In this document: positions 37,752 to 47,885 of the stretch, piece by piece
Numbering within the stretch: the stretch's first letter is position 1
Layout: the number at the start of each line of letters is the position of its first letter
Assembly: GCA_003602605.1 (NCBI GenBank)
Contig: QQRW01000037.1
Location: 14,718 to 78,717, forward strand
From: Candidatus Poseidoniales archaeon
GTDB lineage: Archaea > Thermoplasmatota > Poseidoniia > Poseidoniales > Poseidoniaceae
Length of the DNA stretch: 64,000 bases
Direction: 5' to 3'
The notes under the pieces: model-generated
The model's input: the letters and a program-made list of their open reading frames with translations, nothing else
Told to the model about the DNA's origin: nothing
The model's database searches: none
Translations under genes and position numbers: made by a program

Positions 37752-38336
37752 CCACTCTTTCAACGAGTCGTGATGCTCCATCGGGATCATGTGTCCCTTC
37801 GGATGTTCAATCAGTTCCAATGCCCAACCTGCCGACTCAAAAACATGAGCTACAGCCCAACCATCCTGGATGGAAACTCTCAAATCTCTAATTCCATGCA
37901 TCCAAAAAAGATGCTTTGGCTCTAACTCTGCCAGACGAAGACGTAGTTCCATCTCACGAACCAGTCGTGTCCCCATAGCCACAACACCTACGATTCTATC
38001 AGCGAGTGGAAGCTGTAGCATCTCTTGGGCCATTGCGCCACCTTGTGAAAACCCCCCAACAACAAGCGGTCCAAGTGGCGCTTGCTCAGAAATAAGTTGT
38101 TCGAGTTGCGAAAGAGAAGAGTCGACATCGATGAGTTCCCTTCGTGAAAGCGTCATTCGACGAGTAGCATCAGCATCTTCATCCTCGTATCTCCACCATG
38201 TACGTCCACGTCGAGGATGCGCATAGCGAGCCTCAGGCACGATGAGCGTCCATCCCTCAGGTAATATCTTTTCAGCAAAAGGACGCATCATACTGGCATC
38301 GCCAGTCATGCCATGCATCATGATGAGAGTAGGCAA
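37722..38336 (-). CDS. Alpha/beta hydrolase (phospholipase/carboxylesterase family)
   Basis: PTLIMMHGMTGD is an oxyanion-hole strand, and GFSQGGAMA is the nucleophile elbow. There is a C-terminal His (KGHMIPME). The start is TTG at 38336, which is needed to include the first beta-strand. The 3' end overlaps grx by 30 nt. Confidence 0.75.
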   Translation of the reverse strand: MPTLIMMHGMTGDASMMRPFAEKILPEGWTLIVPEARYAHPRRGRTWWRYEDEDADATRRMTLSRRELIDVDSSLSQLEQLISEQAPLGPLVVGGFSQGGAMAQEMLQLPLADRIVGVVAMGTRLVREMELRLRLAELEPKHLFWMHGIRDLRVSIQDGWAVAHVFESAGWALELIEHPKGHMIPMEHHDSLKEWLTALSKIGL

Positions 38337-38345
38337 AGAAATCCC

Positions 38346-39311
38346 TCACAATTCCCACTGGAATACGAGTGCTCCGGCAACCCTCAAGTGAATGAAAGAA
38401 CCCGAACCTTGAACAGTAGCCGTCAAAGAATATTCGCCGGAATTCGAGGGAATGGTTCCAATCGCTCCTTTTTCGGTTGCACCTGAACCCCACGCACGAG
38501 TGAGCGGGGAGGCCCCTGCATGGTCTTTCATTGTGAGAGAACCTGAACCGCCTTGGCTAATCTCGACATCAAGATACCAAACGAGGGTATTCCAATCGCC
38601 CTCTGATGGATGCCCTTCATCGAGGAAAGTGTCGTACATTTCTTGGTCACTGTTCTCGTAGCGGTTATCGAGTAAATCACGTGCTCGATAGAAGAAGACA
38701 TCTCCTGAATAACCGTCACGGGCTGAGTTAAGATCCATTCGTAACTGTCGTACGCCTTCATCATCACGCCACACAAAATTTTCCATAAATTCTTTGTCAC
38801 CGCTGAAGGTGTAGGATATCTCATGCCCTTCAGCAGAAGTAGCCGAAACACGAGCGTTTCCATTGTTGATGGAGTCGGTGGTCGCAGTCCAATCTTGCCC
38901 AAACAAAGTGAAAGTCCAAGTGTCACCAACCGTCCACGGGAATGAAAACACGGATTGTGGTTCTCCGTTTTCATATACCGACAACCCATCAAGAGTCATT
39001 CGACCGAGGAATGGATTGTGATTGATGACTGCGTGACGCTGTGCTTCACGTTCAGAAGAGATACCAACCTGGTAAACCCCGTCCTCGTTGTCAATTTCAG
39101 CAACGACCAAACGAGCACTGTCTTCGCCAAATTGCGGCGTTATGAATGTGTAAAGCCACTGATCTCCGACTTCCCATTCTGGGAGTAAGGTCTGTTCAAC
39201 TGTGGTTGAATCAGAATCGCTCGAATCTATTGAACTGGTTGTACACCCTGCCAGAATACTGGTGCAAAGCAACAGCAACAGCATAACACCGGCTTTCAAC
39301 CCACTGCTCAT
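38346..39311 (-). CDS. Putative secreted lipoprotein, function unknown
   Basis: MSSGLKAGVMLLLLLCTSILAGCTTSS is a signal peptide with a lipobox-like LAGC. The remainder is beta-rich and I recognise no family. Confidence 0.65.
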   Translation of the reverse strand: MSSGLKAGVMLLLLLCTSILAGCTTSSIDSSDSDSTTVEQTLLPEWEVGDQWLYTFITPQFGEDSARLVVAEIDNEDGVYQVGISSEREAQRHAVINHNPFLGRMTLDGLSVYENGEPQSVFSFPWTVGDTWTFTLFGQDWTATTDSINNGNARVSATSAEGHEISYTFSGDKEFMENFVWRDDEGVRQLRMDLNSARDGYSGDVFFYRARDLLDNRYENSDQEMYDTFLDEGHPSEGDWNTLVWYLDVEISQGGSGSLTMKDHAGASPLTRAWGSGATEKGAIGTIPSNSGEYSLTATVQGSGSFIHLRVAGALVFQWEL

Positions 39312-39361
39312 GGCAATAACCCAGCATGGCTCTGTTCAAGAGCCTAACGCATCGAAACGGT

Positions 39362-41494
39362 TCAGACAAGTTGCCCTGTTCCAGCCAAAACAACTGCAAC
39401 AATCGACATCAACTTGATCAGAATGTTGAGTGAAGGGCCGGATGTGTCCTTGAACGGGTCTCCAATCGTGTCACCAATGACGGCTGCTTCGTGAGCATCG
39501 TCACCTTTCTTAGCGCCTGCGATATGGTCTTGCTCGATGGCTTTCTTGGCATTGTCCCAAGCACCACCAGCATTAGCCATGAACAACGCCATGAGAACAC
39601 CGGTCACAAGAGAACCTGCAAGAAGTCCGCCAAGTGCATCAGCATCAAGCGCCAATCCAACAACAACAGGCGCCACTACTGCGACAACACCGGGACCCAC
39701 CATCTCACGAAGAGCTGCCTTCGTGGAAATATCAACACAGGTTTGAGAATCGGGGTAGGTCATATCACCAGCAACGACTTTTTCAGGCCACGTTGTAGCG
39801 TCTTCAAGGTCACCATCAAAGGAGGAGTCATTCGACAAACTCTCTCGCATAATAGCGAATTGGCGGCGAATTTCAACAACCATGTCACCTGCAGCCTTAC
39901 CGACTGAAGTCATAGTCATAGCAGCAACAACGAAAGGCAGTCCGCCACCGATGAGAAGTCCAATCACAACCATTGGGTTGGTCAAAGTGAGGTCGAGGTT
40001 GTCCGGGCCGACTGCCGCAGTGTAGGCTGCGAACAGTGCCAGAGCAGTCAATGCTGCTGAACCAATAGCGAATCCTTTGCCGACTGCTGCAGTCGTGTTA
40101 CCAATTGAATCGAGTTCGTCGGTAATTGCTCGAACATCAGAGCCAAGACCACTCATCTCAGCAACTCCACCTGCATTATCTGCAACTGGCCCGTATGCAT
40201 CGACGGTCATGGTTACGCCAACGGTAGCAAGCATACCCATTGCAGCCATTGCGATACAATAGAGACCGTAGTCACTGCCGCCAAAGTGGTTCGCTCCAAA
40301 GATACCTGCAGCGATCAAAAGAATCGGAATGAACGTCGACATCATTCCGACAGAAAGACCAGCAATAGCGTTGGTAGCTGGTCCTGTCTTGGACATTTCG
40401 CCAATGTGAGGAATTGCTTTAGTTGGGATTCCAAATACAGGTTCAATACCAGTATAGTATTCAGTAATGAGGCCAATTGCGATTCCGACAACACTGCCCA
40501 AAACTACAGAATGCATAACTCCAATTTCAACATCGATAAGTCCTTGGTTGATGGAGATGTAACCACCTGCCCAAAACAGAATTGCTGCAATGAATGTGGT
40601 GTTGCGTAGTGCTGCTGCTGCATCTTTGCCGTTCTTAAGAACATACATTGAGAACACACCGATGATGGATGCAACATAGCCGATAAGGCCGAGGAGAATT
40701 GGCATCATGATGTAATCAGTAGCGCCATCAAAACCACTTGGGCCAAAGTCATCTGAACTTGCGATGATCATTGCTGCAATGATTGAACCCACGAAGGATT
40801 CGAAGATGTCTGCTCCCATTCCGGCAACGTCACCGACATTGTCTCCGACGTTATCAGCGATGACACCCGGATTGCGAGGGTCGTCCTCTGGAATACCTGC
40901 TTCGACTTTACCGACAAGATCAGCACCGACGTCCGCAGCCTTGGTGTAGATACCGCCACCAACACGAGCGAAGAGAGCAATCGAAGATGCACCCATACCG
41001 AATCCTGCAGCAGCAGAAAGGTCTGGGTTTGCATCGCCTGCTCCTAGCCAGTATGCAACAAGAGAGATACCGAGAAGACCAAGTCCGCCAACGGAAAGGC
41101 CCATGACTGCACCACCGTTGTATGAAACAGAAAGAGCGCCGGCCTTACCGTCGTTCTTAGCAGCCATGGTAGTTCGGCCGTTGGCCGAGGTTGCAGCACG
41201 CATTCCAGAGAATCCTGCTGCAACAGATGCAAGTGCACCTGCAAAGAAAGCAATTGCAGTATTCATGTCGTTGAGTTGTGTAAGCGCAACGCCAACAACA
41301 ACCACGAATATTGCGAGAACTCGATATTCTGCAAAAAGGAAGGCCATGGCACCTTTTTGAATTTCTTCAGTGATGCTAGCAACTTTCTCGTTGTCAATTT
41401 TCACTTTGTTTACTTGTTGGTACAGCATAAACGCAACAGCAAGTCCGAAAAGACCCGCACCTGCGGCAATCATTGGTATATTATCCAGCATCAT
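39362..41494 (-). CDS. hppA: Membrane-bound ion-translocating inorganic pyrophosphatase
   Basis: [27 protein letters not shown] and [23 protein letters not shown] are diagnostic M-PPase motifs. The protein is 710 aa and polytopic. Confidence 0.95.
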   Translation of the reverse strand: MMLDNIPMIAAGAGLFGLAVAFMLYQQVNKVKIDNEKVASITEEIQKGAMAFLFAEYRVLAIFVVVVGVALTQLNDMNTAIAFFAGALASVAAGFSGMRAATSANGRTTMAAKNDGKAGALSVSYNGGAVMGLSVGGLGLLGISLVAYWLGAGDANPDLSAAAGFGMGASSIALFARVGGGIYTKAADVGADLVGKVEAGIPEDDPRNPGVIADNVGDNVGDVAGMGADIFESFVGSIIAAMIIASSDDFGPSGFDGATDYIMMPILLGLIGYVASIIGVFSMYVLKNGKDAAAALRNTTFIAAILFWAGGYISINQGLIDVEIGVMHSVVLGSVVGIAIGLITEYYTGIEPVFGIPTKAIPHIGEMSKTGPATNAIAGLSVGMMSTFIPILLIAAGIFGANHFGGSDYGLYCIAMAAMGMLATVGVTMTVDAYGPVADNAGGVAEMSGLGSDVRAITDELDSIGNTTAAVGKGFAIGSAALTALALFAAYTAAVGPDNLDLTLTNPMVVIGLLIGGGLPFVVAAMTMTSVGKAAGDMVVEIRRQFAIMRESLSNDSSFDGDLEDATTWPEKVVAGDMTYPDSQTCVDISTKAALREMVGPGVVAVVAPVVVGLALDADALGGLLAGSLVTGVLMALFMANAGGAWDNAKKAIEQDHIAGAKKGDDAHEAAVIGDTIGDPFKDTSGPSLNILIKLMSIVAVVLAGTGQLV

Positions 41495-41659
41495 AGAACA
41501 CCTTGTTATTCCGGCGACCTAAGAACCCCTCATAAGTAGTTCCCTCTAAAAAACACCCCTTAATGGCCTTTAATGAGAACTGAACGGTATTCAACCCGGT
41601 TTCATCCGTGCAACTGTTCAAGCAATTGTTGAAAGAGGAGAGGCCTGCAGGGTAGTAGC

Positions 41660-41995
41660 ATGAGCATCACCGCCGAGGAGATCTTGGCTGAGATTGGACC
41701 AGTTCAAGAGATACTGGATGAACACGATGGGGTCGTGAATGTCCTTGACACTACAGACGGCAACATCATGCTCTCACTTGACGGCGGATGCAATGGTTGC
41801 TCATCTACACCAATGACTGCTATGCAGATTTACTATTCCCTCAAAAAACTCGACCACATCAACGATGTCATTTTCGTGAACGGCGAACTTCCGGAATACA
41901 TGCGTACATTCATTGACCAAAAAATGGCAAAGGAAGCGAGTCAACCTTCTTCTGGAGCAGAAGAGACAAGTCAACCTCGTGGCGAGATTGTCTAA
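41660..41995 (+). CDS. NifU-like (Nfu C-terminal domain) Fe-S cluster protein
   Basis: IGPVQEILDEHDGVVNVLDTTDGNIMLSLDGGCNGCSSTPMT has the CxxC motif in a NifU-domain context. Confidence 0.7.
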   Translation: MSITAEEILAEIGPVQEILDEHDGVVNVLDTTDGNIMLSLDGGCNGCSSTPMTAMQIYYSLKKLDHINDVIFVNGELPEYMRTFIDQKMAKEASQPSSGAEETSQPRGEIV

Positions 41996-42415
41996 TCATT
42001 CTTTTTCATCCTTACCAATCGTATGAGGATTTGCTCCAAATGAAACATTTTCGCCCTTGATGTTCATCCGAGCTGCGATAGCAATAACGATACAAACCAA
42101 GGAGAGAGGTTTTGGAAGGTAATTCGATCCCCAAAGCATCCCACCTGATAGCGAAAGCCACCAAAGTACGCCTGCGGCTGCGATCAAGACGATGGCAATA
42201 ATGTTCTGAACGATGTGTTCAGCCCGAGGTGAGCGGGAAAAGGTCGCAATAAAAGTGAACAACACAGCCGAAATACCGCACAAGGCTTCGGCGAGATGTT
42301 CGATGAAGATCACGCTGACCATGAACAGTGCTGCAGGCCGTGGTTCTTCAACATGAAGTTCGACAAGTGAGAGAAAGAGCAACGTTTGAGAAGGGTCGCC
42401 GACAACACGAACCAT
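41996..42415 (-). CDS. Small hydrophobic membrane protein, unknown function (start uncertain)
   Basis: It has 3-4 predicted TM helices (VSVIFIEHLAEALCGISAVLFTFIATF, IIAIVLIAAAGVLWWLSL, LSLVCIVIAIAA). The track start at 42535 would overlap PolX by 122 nt. ATG 42415 or ATG 42322 are alternatives. Confidence 0.4.
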   Translation of the reverse strand: MVRVVGDPSQTLLFLSLVELHVEEPRPAALFMVSVIFIEHLAEALCGISAVLFTFIATFSRSPRAEHIVQNIIAIVLIAAAGVLWWLSLSGGMLWGSNYLPKPLSLVCIVIAIAARMNIKGENVSFGANPHTIGKDEKE

Positions 42416-44351
42416 GGCAGGCGGAGGATTCACACTACCTAAGGCACGGCCGAGCGGCCCACCGTATTTCTCTCGCAACCAAATCGCTTCAGTCATGCAC
42501 CAAGTGGCAGTTCTCCTGGAACTGAACGGCGCCAATGTGTTTCGTGTCCGTTCGTATCAAAACGCCAGTCGAATGCTCGGCGGCTTGACGGAAGACCTCG
42601 GAGAATTGGTTTCTACCGGCCGGCTTTTTGAGATGAAAGGAATTGGTAAAGGATTGGGATCAGCACTTACTCAAGCCATCATGGAAGGTGAATGGCCGAG
42701 CGATTGGGTGGAATTGCACAATTCGACACCTCAAGGACTCATTGAGATGCTCGGAATCCCCGGACTCGGGCCGAAGCGTATCAAGCTGATGAACGAAGAA
42801 CTCGGAGTTGATTCTGTTGCGTCTCTAAAGGAAGCGGCTACAGATGGATTGATTGCACCAATGAAAGGATTTGGCAAGAAATCTCAACAACGAATGCTCG
42901 ATGGAATCGAACTGTTGGCACGGTTCAGGGCTCGTCGGAGATTGGATGTTGGCTTAATGTACGGAGAAGCATTCCAATCAAAAATAGCATCCATTGAGGG
43001 TGTAATCAAGGCTCAATTGGCCGGAAGTGCTCGCCGTCGAAAAGAAACCATAGGCGACTTAGATGTCGTTGTTGCTGTTGAAGATGAGCACCACGAGAAC
43101 GTGGCAGAAGCAATTCTATCGCTACCTGGAATCGCTGATGTGAAAGGTGCTGGAGATTCAAAGATTAGCCTTATTCTTGACACAAGCATATTCGACGGTG
43201 GATTTACCGTAGGTCACATTGACCCAAACGTATTGGATGCCATCGGTGGAGATGACTACGAGCAACTTGAGAGTGGGGGAACAATCGATGCACAAGTACG
43301 GCTTGTTACTCCAGAAGTATTCCCGTTCACCTTAGCCTACTTCACCGGAAGTAAGGAGCACAACATTGCCATGCGACAACGAGCCATTGATCGTGGGTTG
43401 AAGTTGAACGAGTTCGGACTCATCCCCGATGCCAAGGCTGGCGATTTGAAAGGTATGGCTGCAGCCAAGTTTTCTCTTAAAGCATCCACAGAAGAGGACA
43501 TCTACCGCCACTTAGAACTGGATTGGGTTTCTCCAGAACTGCGTGAAGACACCGGTGAAATCGTTGCTGCGGAGACATCCAACCTCCCACAATTACTTTC
43601 GGGGCAGGACATACGAGGCGCACTGCACAACCACACCACACTTTCCGATGGCGAAGCAACGCTGGAAGAGATGGCTGACACTGCACGAAAAATGGGTTGG
43701 AATTGGTTGGGAATCGCAGACCATTCACCCACGCTCAAAATCGCAAATGGAGCAAGTGCTGAAGATTTATTGGAACAGGGAGAAACAATTCAACGCTACA
43801 ATGCAGCATGGGCGAAAGAAGGTACAGATTTCCGACTCTTCCACGGTGTCGAATCAGATATTCTCGAAGGTGGTAAACTCGACCACCCCGACGATGTATT
43901 GTCCCAGCTTGATTACACTGTAGCTTCGGTGCACGCCCTCTCCAAATGGAAAGCTCGTGATGAACTGCAAAACACCGAGGAATTGATGCAATGCATAGAC
44001 CATCCATCAACAACCGTTCTCGGTCATCCTACCGGCCGTATTTTGCAAGGAAGGGATGGATACGAAGTAGACTTGTTCGCTGTACTTGAACACATGGCAG
44101 AACACAACGAGGAGGGGCGACTGAAAGCGGTCGAGTTGAATGCAAGCCCCTACAGACTCGACCTCGACTGGAGATTGTGTAAACATGCGAAAGGTCTGGG
44201 CGTTCCAGTCATCATCAATCCAGACGCCCACTCAATTCGAGGACTTGCCGATATCAGTTATGGGGTCATGGCTGCACGCAAAGGTTGGATTGAGCCACAT
44301 GATGTTCTCAACTCGCTCAGTGGTGAAGAACTTCAACGCCGTCTTTCGTAA
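42414..44351 (+). CDS. polX: Family X DNA polymerase with C-terminal PHP domain (PolX)
   Basis: It has N-terminal HhH-like segments (VAVLLELNGANVFRVRSYQNA; IPGLGPKRIKLM), the nucleotidyltransferase motif GSARRRKETIGDLDVVVAV, and PHP motifs ALHNHTTLSDGEATLEEM..GIADHSP..ASVH..LGHP..INPDAHS. Confidence 0.9.
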   Translation: MAGGGFTLPKARPSGPPYFSRNQIASVMHQVAVLLELNGANVFRVRSYQNASRMLGGLTEDLGELVSTGRLFEMKGIGKGLGSALTQAIMEGEWPSDWVELHNSTPQGLIEMLGIPGLGPKRIKLMNEELGVDSVASLKEAATDGLIAPMKGFGKKSQQRMLDGIELLARFRARRRLDVGLMYGEAFQSKIASIEGVIKAQLAGSARRRKETIGDLDVVVAVEDEHHENVAEAILSLPGIADVKGAGDSKISLILDTSIFDGGFTVGHIDPNVLDAIGGDDYEQLESGGTIDAQVRLVTPEVFPFTLAYFTGSKEHNIAMRQRAIDRGLKLNEFGLIPDAKAGDLKGMAAAKFSLKASTEEDIYRHLELDWVSPELREDTGEIVAAETSNLPQLLSGQDIRGALHNHTTLSDGEATLEEMADTARKMGWNWLGIADHSPTLKIANGASAEDLLEQGETIQRYNAAWAKEGTDFRLFHGVESDILEGGKLDHPDDVLSQLDYTVASVHALSKWKARDELQNTEELMQCIDHPSTTVLGHPTGRILQGRDGYEVDLFAVLEHMAEHNEEGRLKAVELNASPYRLDLDWRLCKHAKGLGVPVIINPDAHSIRGLADISYGVMAARKGWIEPHDVLNSLSGEELQRRLS

Positions 44352-44353
44352 GC

Positions 44354-44608
44354 GTGAGCAAACCACACATTCATGACATCCCCCCCACTCCGTTTACCAT
44401 GCGTCTACTTCGAACGATGATTATGGGAGGAGTCATGCTGATTCCCGGACTGTTGTTGGCGATGATCATTTGGTACATCATGGGCCAACCAACAACAGAA
44501 CCGATGGAATCGTTGATTTGTAACGGCATACCTCTGCTTTCAGTTTCATTCGGACTGTTCTTCGGTTGGGTTACTGGAGAAGCTTATTCTGTCAAAATGG
44601 AGTCGTGA
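44354..44608 (+). CDS. Small 2-TM membrane protein, unknown function
   Basis: GTG at 44354 or ATG at 44399 (MRLLRTMIMGGVMLIPGLLLAMIIWYI..). It is tightly packed between polX and nth. Confidence 0.45.
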   Translation: MSKPHIHDIPPTPFTMRLLRTMIMGGVMLIPGLLLAMIIWYIMGQPTTEPMESLICNGIPLLSVSFGLFFGWVTGEAYSVKMES

Positions 44609-44617
44609 GGCGGTTGC

Positions 44618-44929
44618 ATGACCCATTTCAAAGTGAAACAGTGGGATGAGTTGAAGACATTCTTCACCTCCTTTTTCAGTCATGTGTCTGGTAACGTCGA
44701 GCAAACAGTAGACAGCATTCGATTCAGCTCGCCACCCACTATGGTCGAAACCAGCCTCCACTTGTTTCGAGACGGTACATTTGGTGCAAACATGCCGCTT
44801 CACGGTATTGAGTCAAAGGTAGAAATGGTGGATTTTCAAACCGAACCTCATCGCGTCACCTTTGTTGGCCAGGGTCTTGAATACATCTACCGAATTCCAA
44901 CCCAACTAATCTTGACGGAGGAGAGATGA
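44618..44929 (+). CDS. Hypothetical soluble protein (103 aa)
   Basis: ATG is at 44618, and the stop is immediately followed by the nth ATG (TGA-ATG). I recognise no family. Confidence 0.5.
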   Translation: MTHFKVKQWDELKTFFTSFFSHVSGNVEQTVDSIRFSSPPTMVETSLHLFRDGTFGANMPLHGIESKVEMVDFQTEPHRVTFVGQGLEYIYRIPTQLILTEER

Positions 44930-45580
44930 ATGAAACGTAAAGACAAGGCAATAAAAATTGCCGCCATGCTTGAGGAATTCTATCCTGAAACTCCAGTGCC
45001 TCTCGACCATGAAAACGACTTTCAATTACTCGTCGCTGTCCTCATGAGCGCTCAAACGACAGACCTCAAAGTGAATGAAGTCACACCGGCATTGTTTGCC
45101 AAAGCTCCAACTGCTGAAGCCATGGTTCAACTGACTGTCGAAACCATTCTCAATGATATCCGGCAAGTTGGATTAGCTCCTACGAAGGCAAAGAACATAC
45201 ATCGACTCTCCGAACTCGTAATGGAACGTCATGGAGGAACAATACCTCAAACGTTTGAGGAACTTGAAGCGCTACCTGGCGTAGGCCACAAAACTGCTGG
45301 AGTGGTGATGGCACAATGCTTTGGCGTACCCGCATTTCCAATTGACACCCACATACATCGACTTGCCGCTCGGTGGGGCCTGTCCAATGACACCACTGTT
45401 CAGCGAACTGAGCGTGATTTGAAAGCCATATTCCCGAAAAAATTGTGGAACAAGTTACACTTGCAAATCATCTTCTTTGGAAGAGAATTCTGTCCTGCAC
45501 GCAACCATGACCTTGAACAATGCCCAATCTGTTCTTGGGCAGCTACGAAGAAACGTATTGCTCAAGAAAAAAAACGCTGA
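44930..45580 (+). CDS. nth: Endonuclease III (DNA glycosylase/AP lyase)
   Basis: It has LVAVLMSAQTTDLKVN, the HhH-GPD motif LPGVGHKTAGVVM, and the FeS cluster loop CPARNHDLEQCPICSW. Confidence 0.92.
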   Translation: MKRKDKAIKIAAMLEEFYPETPVPLDHENDFQLLVAVLMSAQTTDLKVNEVTPALFAKAPTAEAMVQLTVETILNDIRQVGLAPTKAKNIHRLSELVMERHGGTIPQTFEELEALPGVGHKTAGVVMAQCFGVPAFPIDTHIHRLAARWGLSNDTTVQRTERDLKAIFPKKLWNKLHLQIIFFGREFCPARNHDLEQCPICSWAATKKRIAQEKKR

Positions 45581-45582
45581 AA

Positions 45583-46032
45583 TCAAACGATTGAGATGCT
45601 TCGAGATGCGATATTTAGCAGTACGAGTACACCGATGATTACCGCAGTCACTCGGAGTGCAGTATGTTCGTATTTTTCATCGTACGATTCACGCAGCAAA
45701 GCATAACCGATCAACCCTAATCCTAGGGACTGAAGAATGGTTCCGACTGAACCGATAACACGATTGAGGTCATTGTGCGCTTCTGTGTCTTCGGCTATTT
45801 TTTCGGTAACGCCTTCCGCTTCAAGGTCATAATCGACCACCGATGGCGGACCGAACATTTCGACAACTTCTACAAAAACAACCGATGCAAGTATCAGAAT
45901 AACGCCGAGCATCAACCATCGATGGAAGGAATAACTCAGCGGTGAGGTTTGAAATCCCGCAGCAGGTAGGTAAGGCGAGGGTGCAGGAGGGTTTTGGGCA
46001 GCGGATGCAGCAGGTGGTGGTGGGGCTTGCAT
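45583..46032 (-). CDS. Pro-rich N-terminus + 3-TM membrane protein, unknown function, directly downstream of arlJ
   Basis: ATG is at 46032 (MQAPPPPAASAAQNPPAPSPYL..). The TMs are WLMLGVILILASVVFVEVV, VIGSVGTILQSLGLGLIGYALL and VTAVIIGVLVLLNIA. It lies 39 nt after the arlJ stop on the same strand. Confidence 0.55.
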   Translation of the reverse strand: MQAPPPPAASAAQNPPAPSPYLPAAGFQTSPLSYSFHRWLMLGVILILASVVFVEVVEMFGPPSVVDYDLEAEGVTEKIAEDTEAHNDLNRVIGSVGTILQSLGLGLIGYALLRESYDEKYEHTALRVTAVIIGVLVLLNIASRSISIV

Positions 46033-46071
46033 GGCAACCAATCACTGACTGGGATTATGATTGTTGGGTCG

Positions 46072-47874
46072 TTAAACGCCAAACACAGCAGATGCAGCTT
46101 CCAATACCAACGAAGTGATGTATGAAGTGATGCCTGCAACCCAAAGCAGTTGAATTCCTTGACCCATAGCAGTTGTCCATATACCACCTCGCAACCTGTT
46201 CGATATGATTGAGACTGCAATAACTTGGAAGAGGATGAGAATTGAAACAATAATTTTGAACATTCGTATATTCTCCCCAACTCCTGAAGCATCTTCCATG
46301 ACTGGAAGGGCCAATCCTGCGCCGAATTCAGCCAAAGCACTGACATCCGTATTGGTGAAGTTTTCAGCCACACCTGCAATAGAATCGCCAAGCTTGAGGA
46401 CAATTGCAATGGTAACGTTGAGACTGGTCACCGAAGCAATAAGCAGACCGAGAGCGACACCACGCATGGTATTGGCCGAGAGAGATCTCCTTCTTCGCAA
46501 CGAAAGTAAACTTCCTACCGACCGAGAAACCATCTCAGCTGTGTCTGCTGGCTTACCTGAAGATTGTGAACCTTCGATGTAGATGCGTGTGTAACGTGAT
46601 ATCACAGCTGAATTGGTATCTGCGTTGAAGTAGTCCCAAGCTCGATCGGAATCAATACGAGTGGACAGTCGCTTTTCCAATCGATCGATAGAACGATCGA
46701 GCATACCGAAGTCAATCCCTCGCAAGGCTTTGATGGTGGCTGATGGTTCAGCTGAACGAGCCTGTGCAGTACCACCCAAGGCTCGAATAAAATCGGGATA
46801 AGTCTCGTCTCTTCGCAGAACTTGGCGTTCTTCTCTTCCGATCATAATTGCTGGAATAAGCATGGGTGAAAGGGGTGCAGCAATGAAAATGAGACCGTAT
46901 CGGTCCCATTGATTGGTAACTGCTTCCCAAGATGCTGCGAGTAGGATGACCATGATCACGGTTAGGAAACTGGTGAGAATACCCGCTCCGACAAGTGCTC
47001 GGAAGAAATTAAGTCGGAATGGTGTATCCATCTCATCACGAGCAAAAGTTGGGTCTTCGGGGACCGTCGCCCTAAACGCAAAGACTGCAGCGATTTGGAT
47101 TATAGTGAATACAAGCGATGCCAAAAGAATGAATCGCAATCGGCTGGCCACCATAATTGGTGTATCGGTAGCTGAACCGACTTCGAACAGAACCAAATGG
47201 ATTCCAGCAATAACAAGACCGAACAATCCGGCTGAGACCAAAGAGACATAGATTTCTTTCATCGTATCGACTGATTCAAGACGAGTATCGTAGAGAGTCG
47301 TGTATTGTTCGGCAACCGTCTCTTGTTCAGAACGCATGAACTCGTCGATGGCTTGGCCTGCTTCGATGGAAAACGCCATTCGATCGAGGAAATCTGCCCA
47401 AAGCGGACTCGGGCTTTGTTGTGCCACAATACGAGATGCCTCTGGAAGGGATGTGTGCCATTTGTCAACAAGTGTTTCAATTCGTTTGACCTCATTCGCC
47501 AACTCACCGTAATCACTCATTTGTTTGAGAATATCGAAAATGGATTGAGCACCTACTTCGCCAAGAGATAAAATACCCATTCGAGTAATGAACATGTGCA
47601 TCTCTTTCTCAATCATGGTTGCCGACCGTTGAACATCGAGCAATGGATACGCAGCTGCCGCACCTCCTGCCAAGATGGGTAAAAGGATAATCAGAAGAAT
47701 ACCAGCTGCACCTGAGAACAGTGCACCTTCAGCGAGGCCACCAGTGAGGAAAATGAGAAGTAAAGAAAACAGGAATCCTACGATTGCAGCGCCACCGACA
47801 TAAAAAAGGAGAAATTGCCCAACTGGAATCTCAACGCGACGCAAGGCGATTTGCCAGTAAGACATTCGCTGCAT
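46072..47874 (-). CDS. arlJ: Archaellum assembly membrane platform protein ArlJ (FlaJ)
   Basis: A 600-aa polytopic membrane protein with two cytoplasmic soluble segments (GspF/TadC-like layout). It lies immediately downstream of arlI, in the canonical position. Confidence 0.8.
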   Translation of the reverse strand: MQRMSYWQIALRRVEIPVGQFLLFYVGGAAIVGFLFSLLLIFLTGGLAEGALFSGAAGILLIILLPILAGGAAAAYPLLDVQRSATMIEKEMHMFITRMGILSLGEVGAQSIFDILKQMSDYGELANEVKRIETLVDKWHTSLPEASRIVAQQSPSPLWADFLDRMAFSIEAGQAIDEFMRSEQETVAEQYTTLYDTRLESVDTMKEIYVSLVSAGLFGLVIAGIHLVLFEVGSATDTPIMVASRLRFILLASLVFTIIQIAAVFAFRATVPEDPTFARDEMDTPFRLNFFRALVGAGILTSFLTVIMVILLAASWEAVTNQWDRYGLIFIAAPLSPMLIPAIMIGREERQVLRRDETYPDFIRALGGTAQARSAEPSATIKALRGIDFGMLDRSIDRLEKRLSTRIDSDRAWDYFNADTNSAVISRYTRIYIEGSQSSGKPADTAEMVSRSVGSLLSLRRRRSLSANTMRGVALGLLIASVTSLNVTIAIVLKLGDSIAGVAENFTNTDVSALAEFGAGLALPVMEDASGVGENIRMFKIIVSILILFQVIAVSIISNRLRGGIWTTAMGQGIQLLWVAGITSYITSLVLEAASAVFGV

Positions 47875-47885
47875 TCGACATCACC

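Noticed and set aside
45827-46409. ORFs 45827..46045 and 45936..46409 on the minus strand, in other frames.
   Set aside because: They overlap the arlJ 3' end and the Pro-rich membrane protein gene. Their composition (Cys/Leu/Ser-rich) is typical of an off-frame translation.
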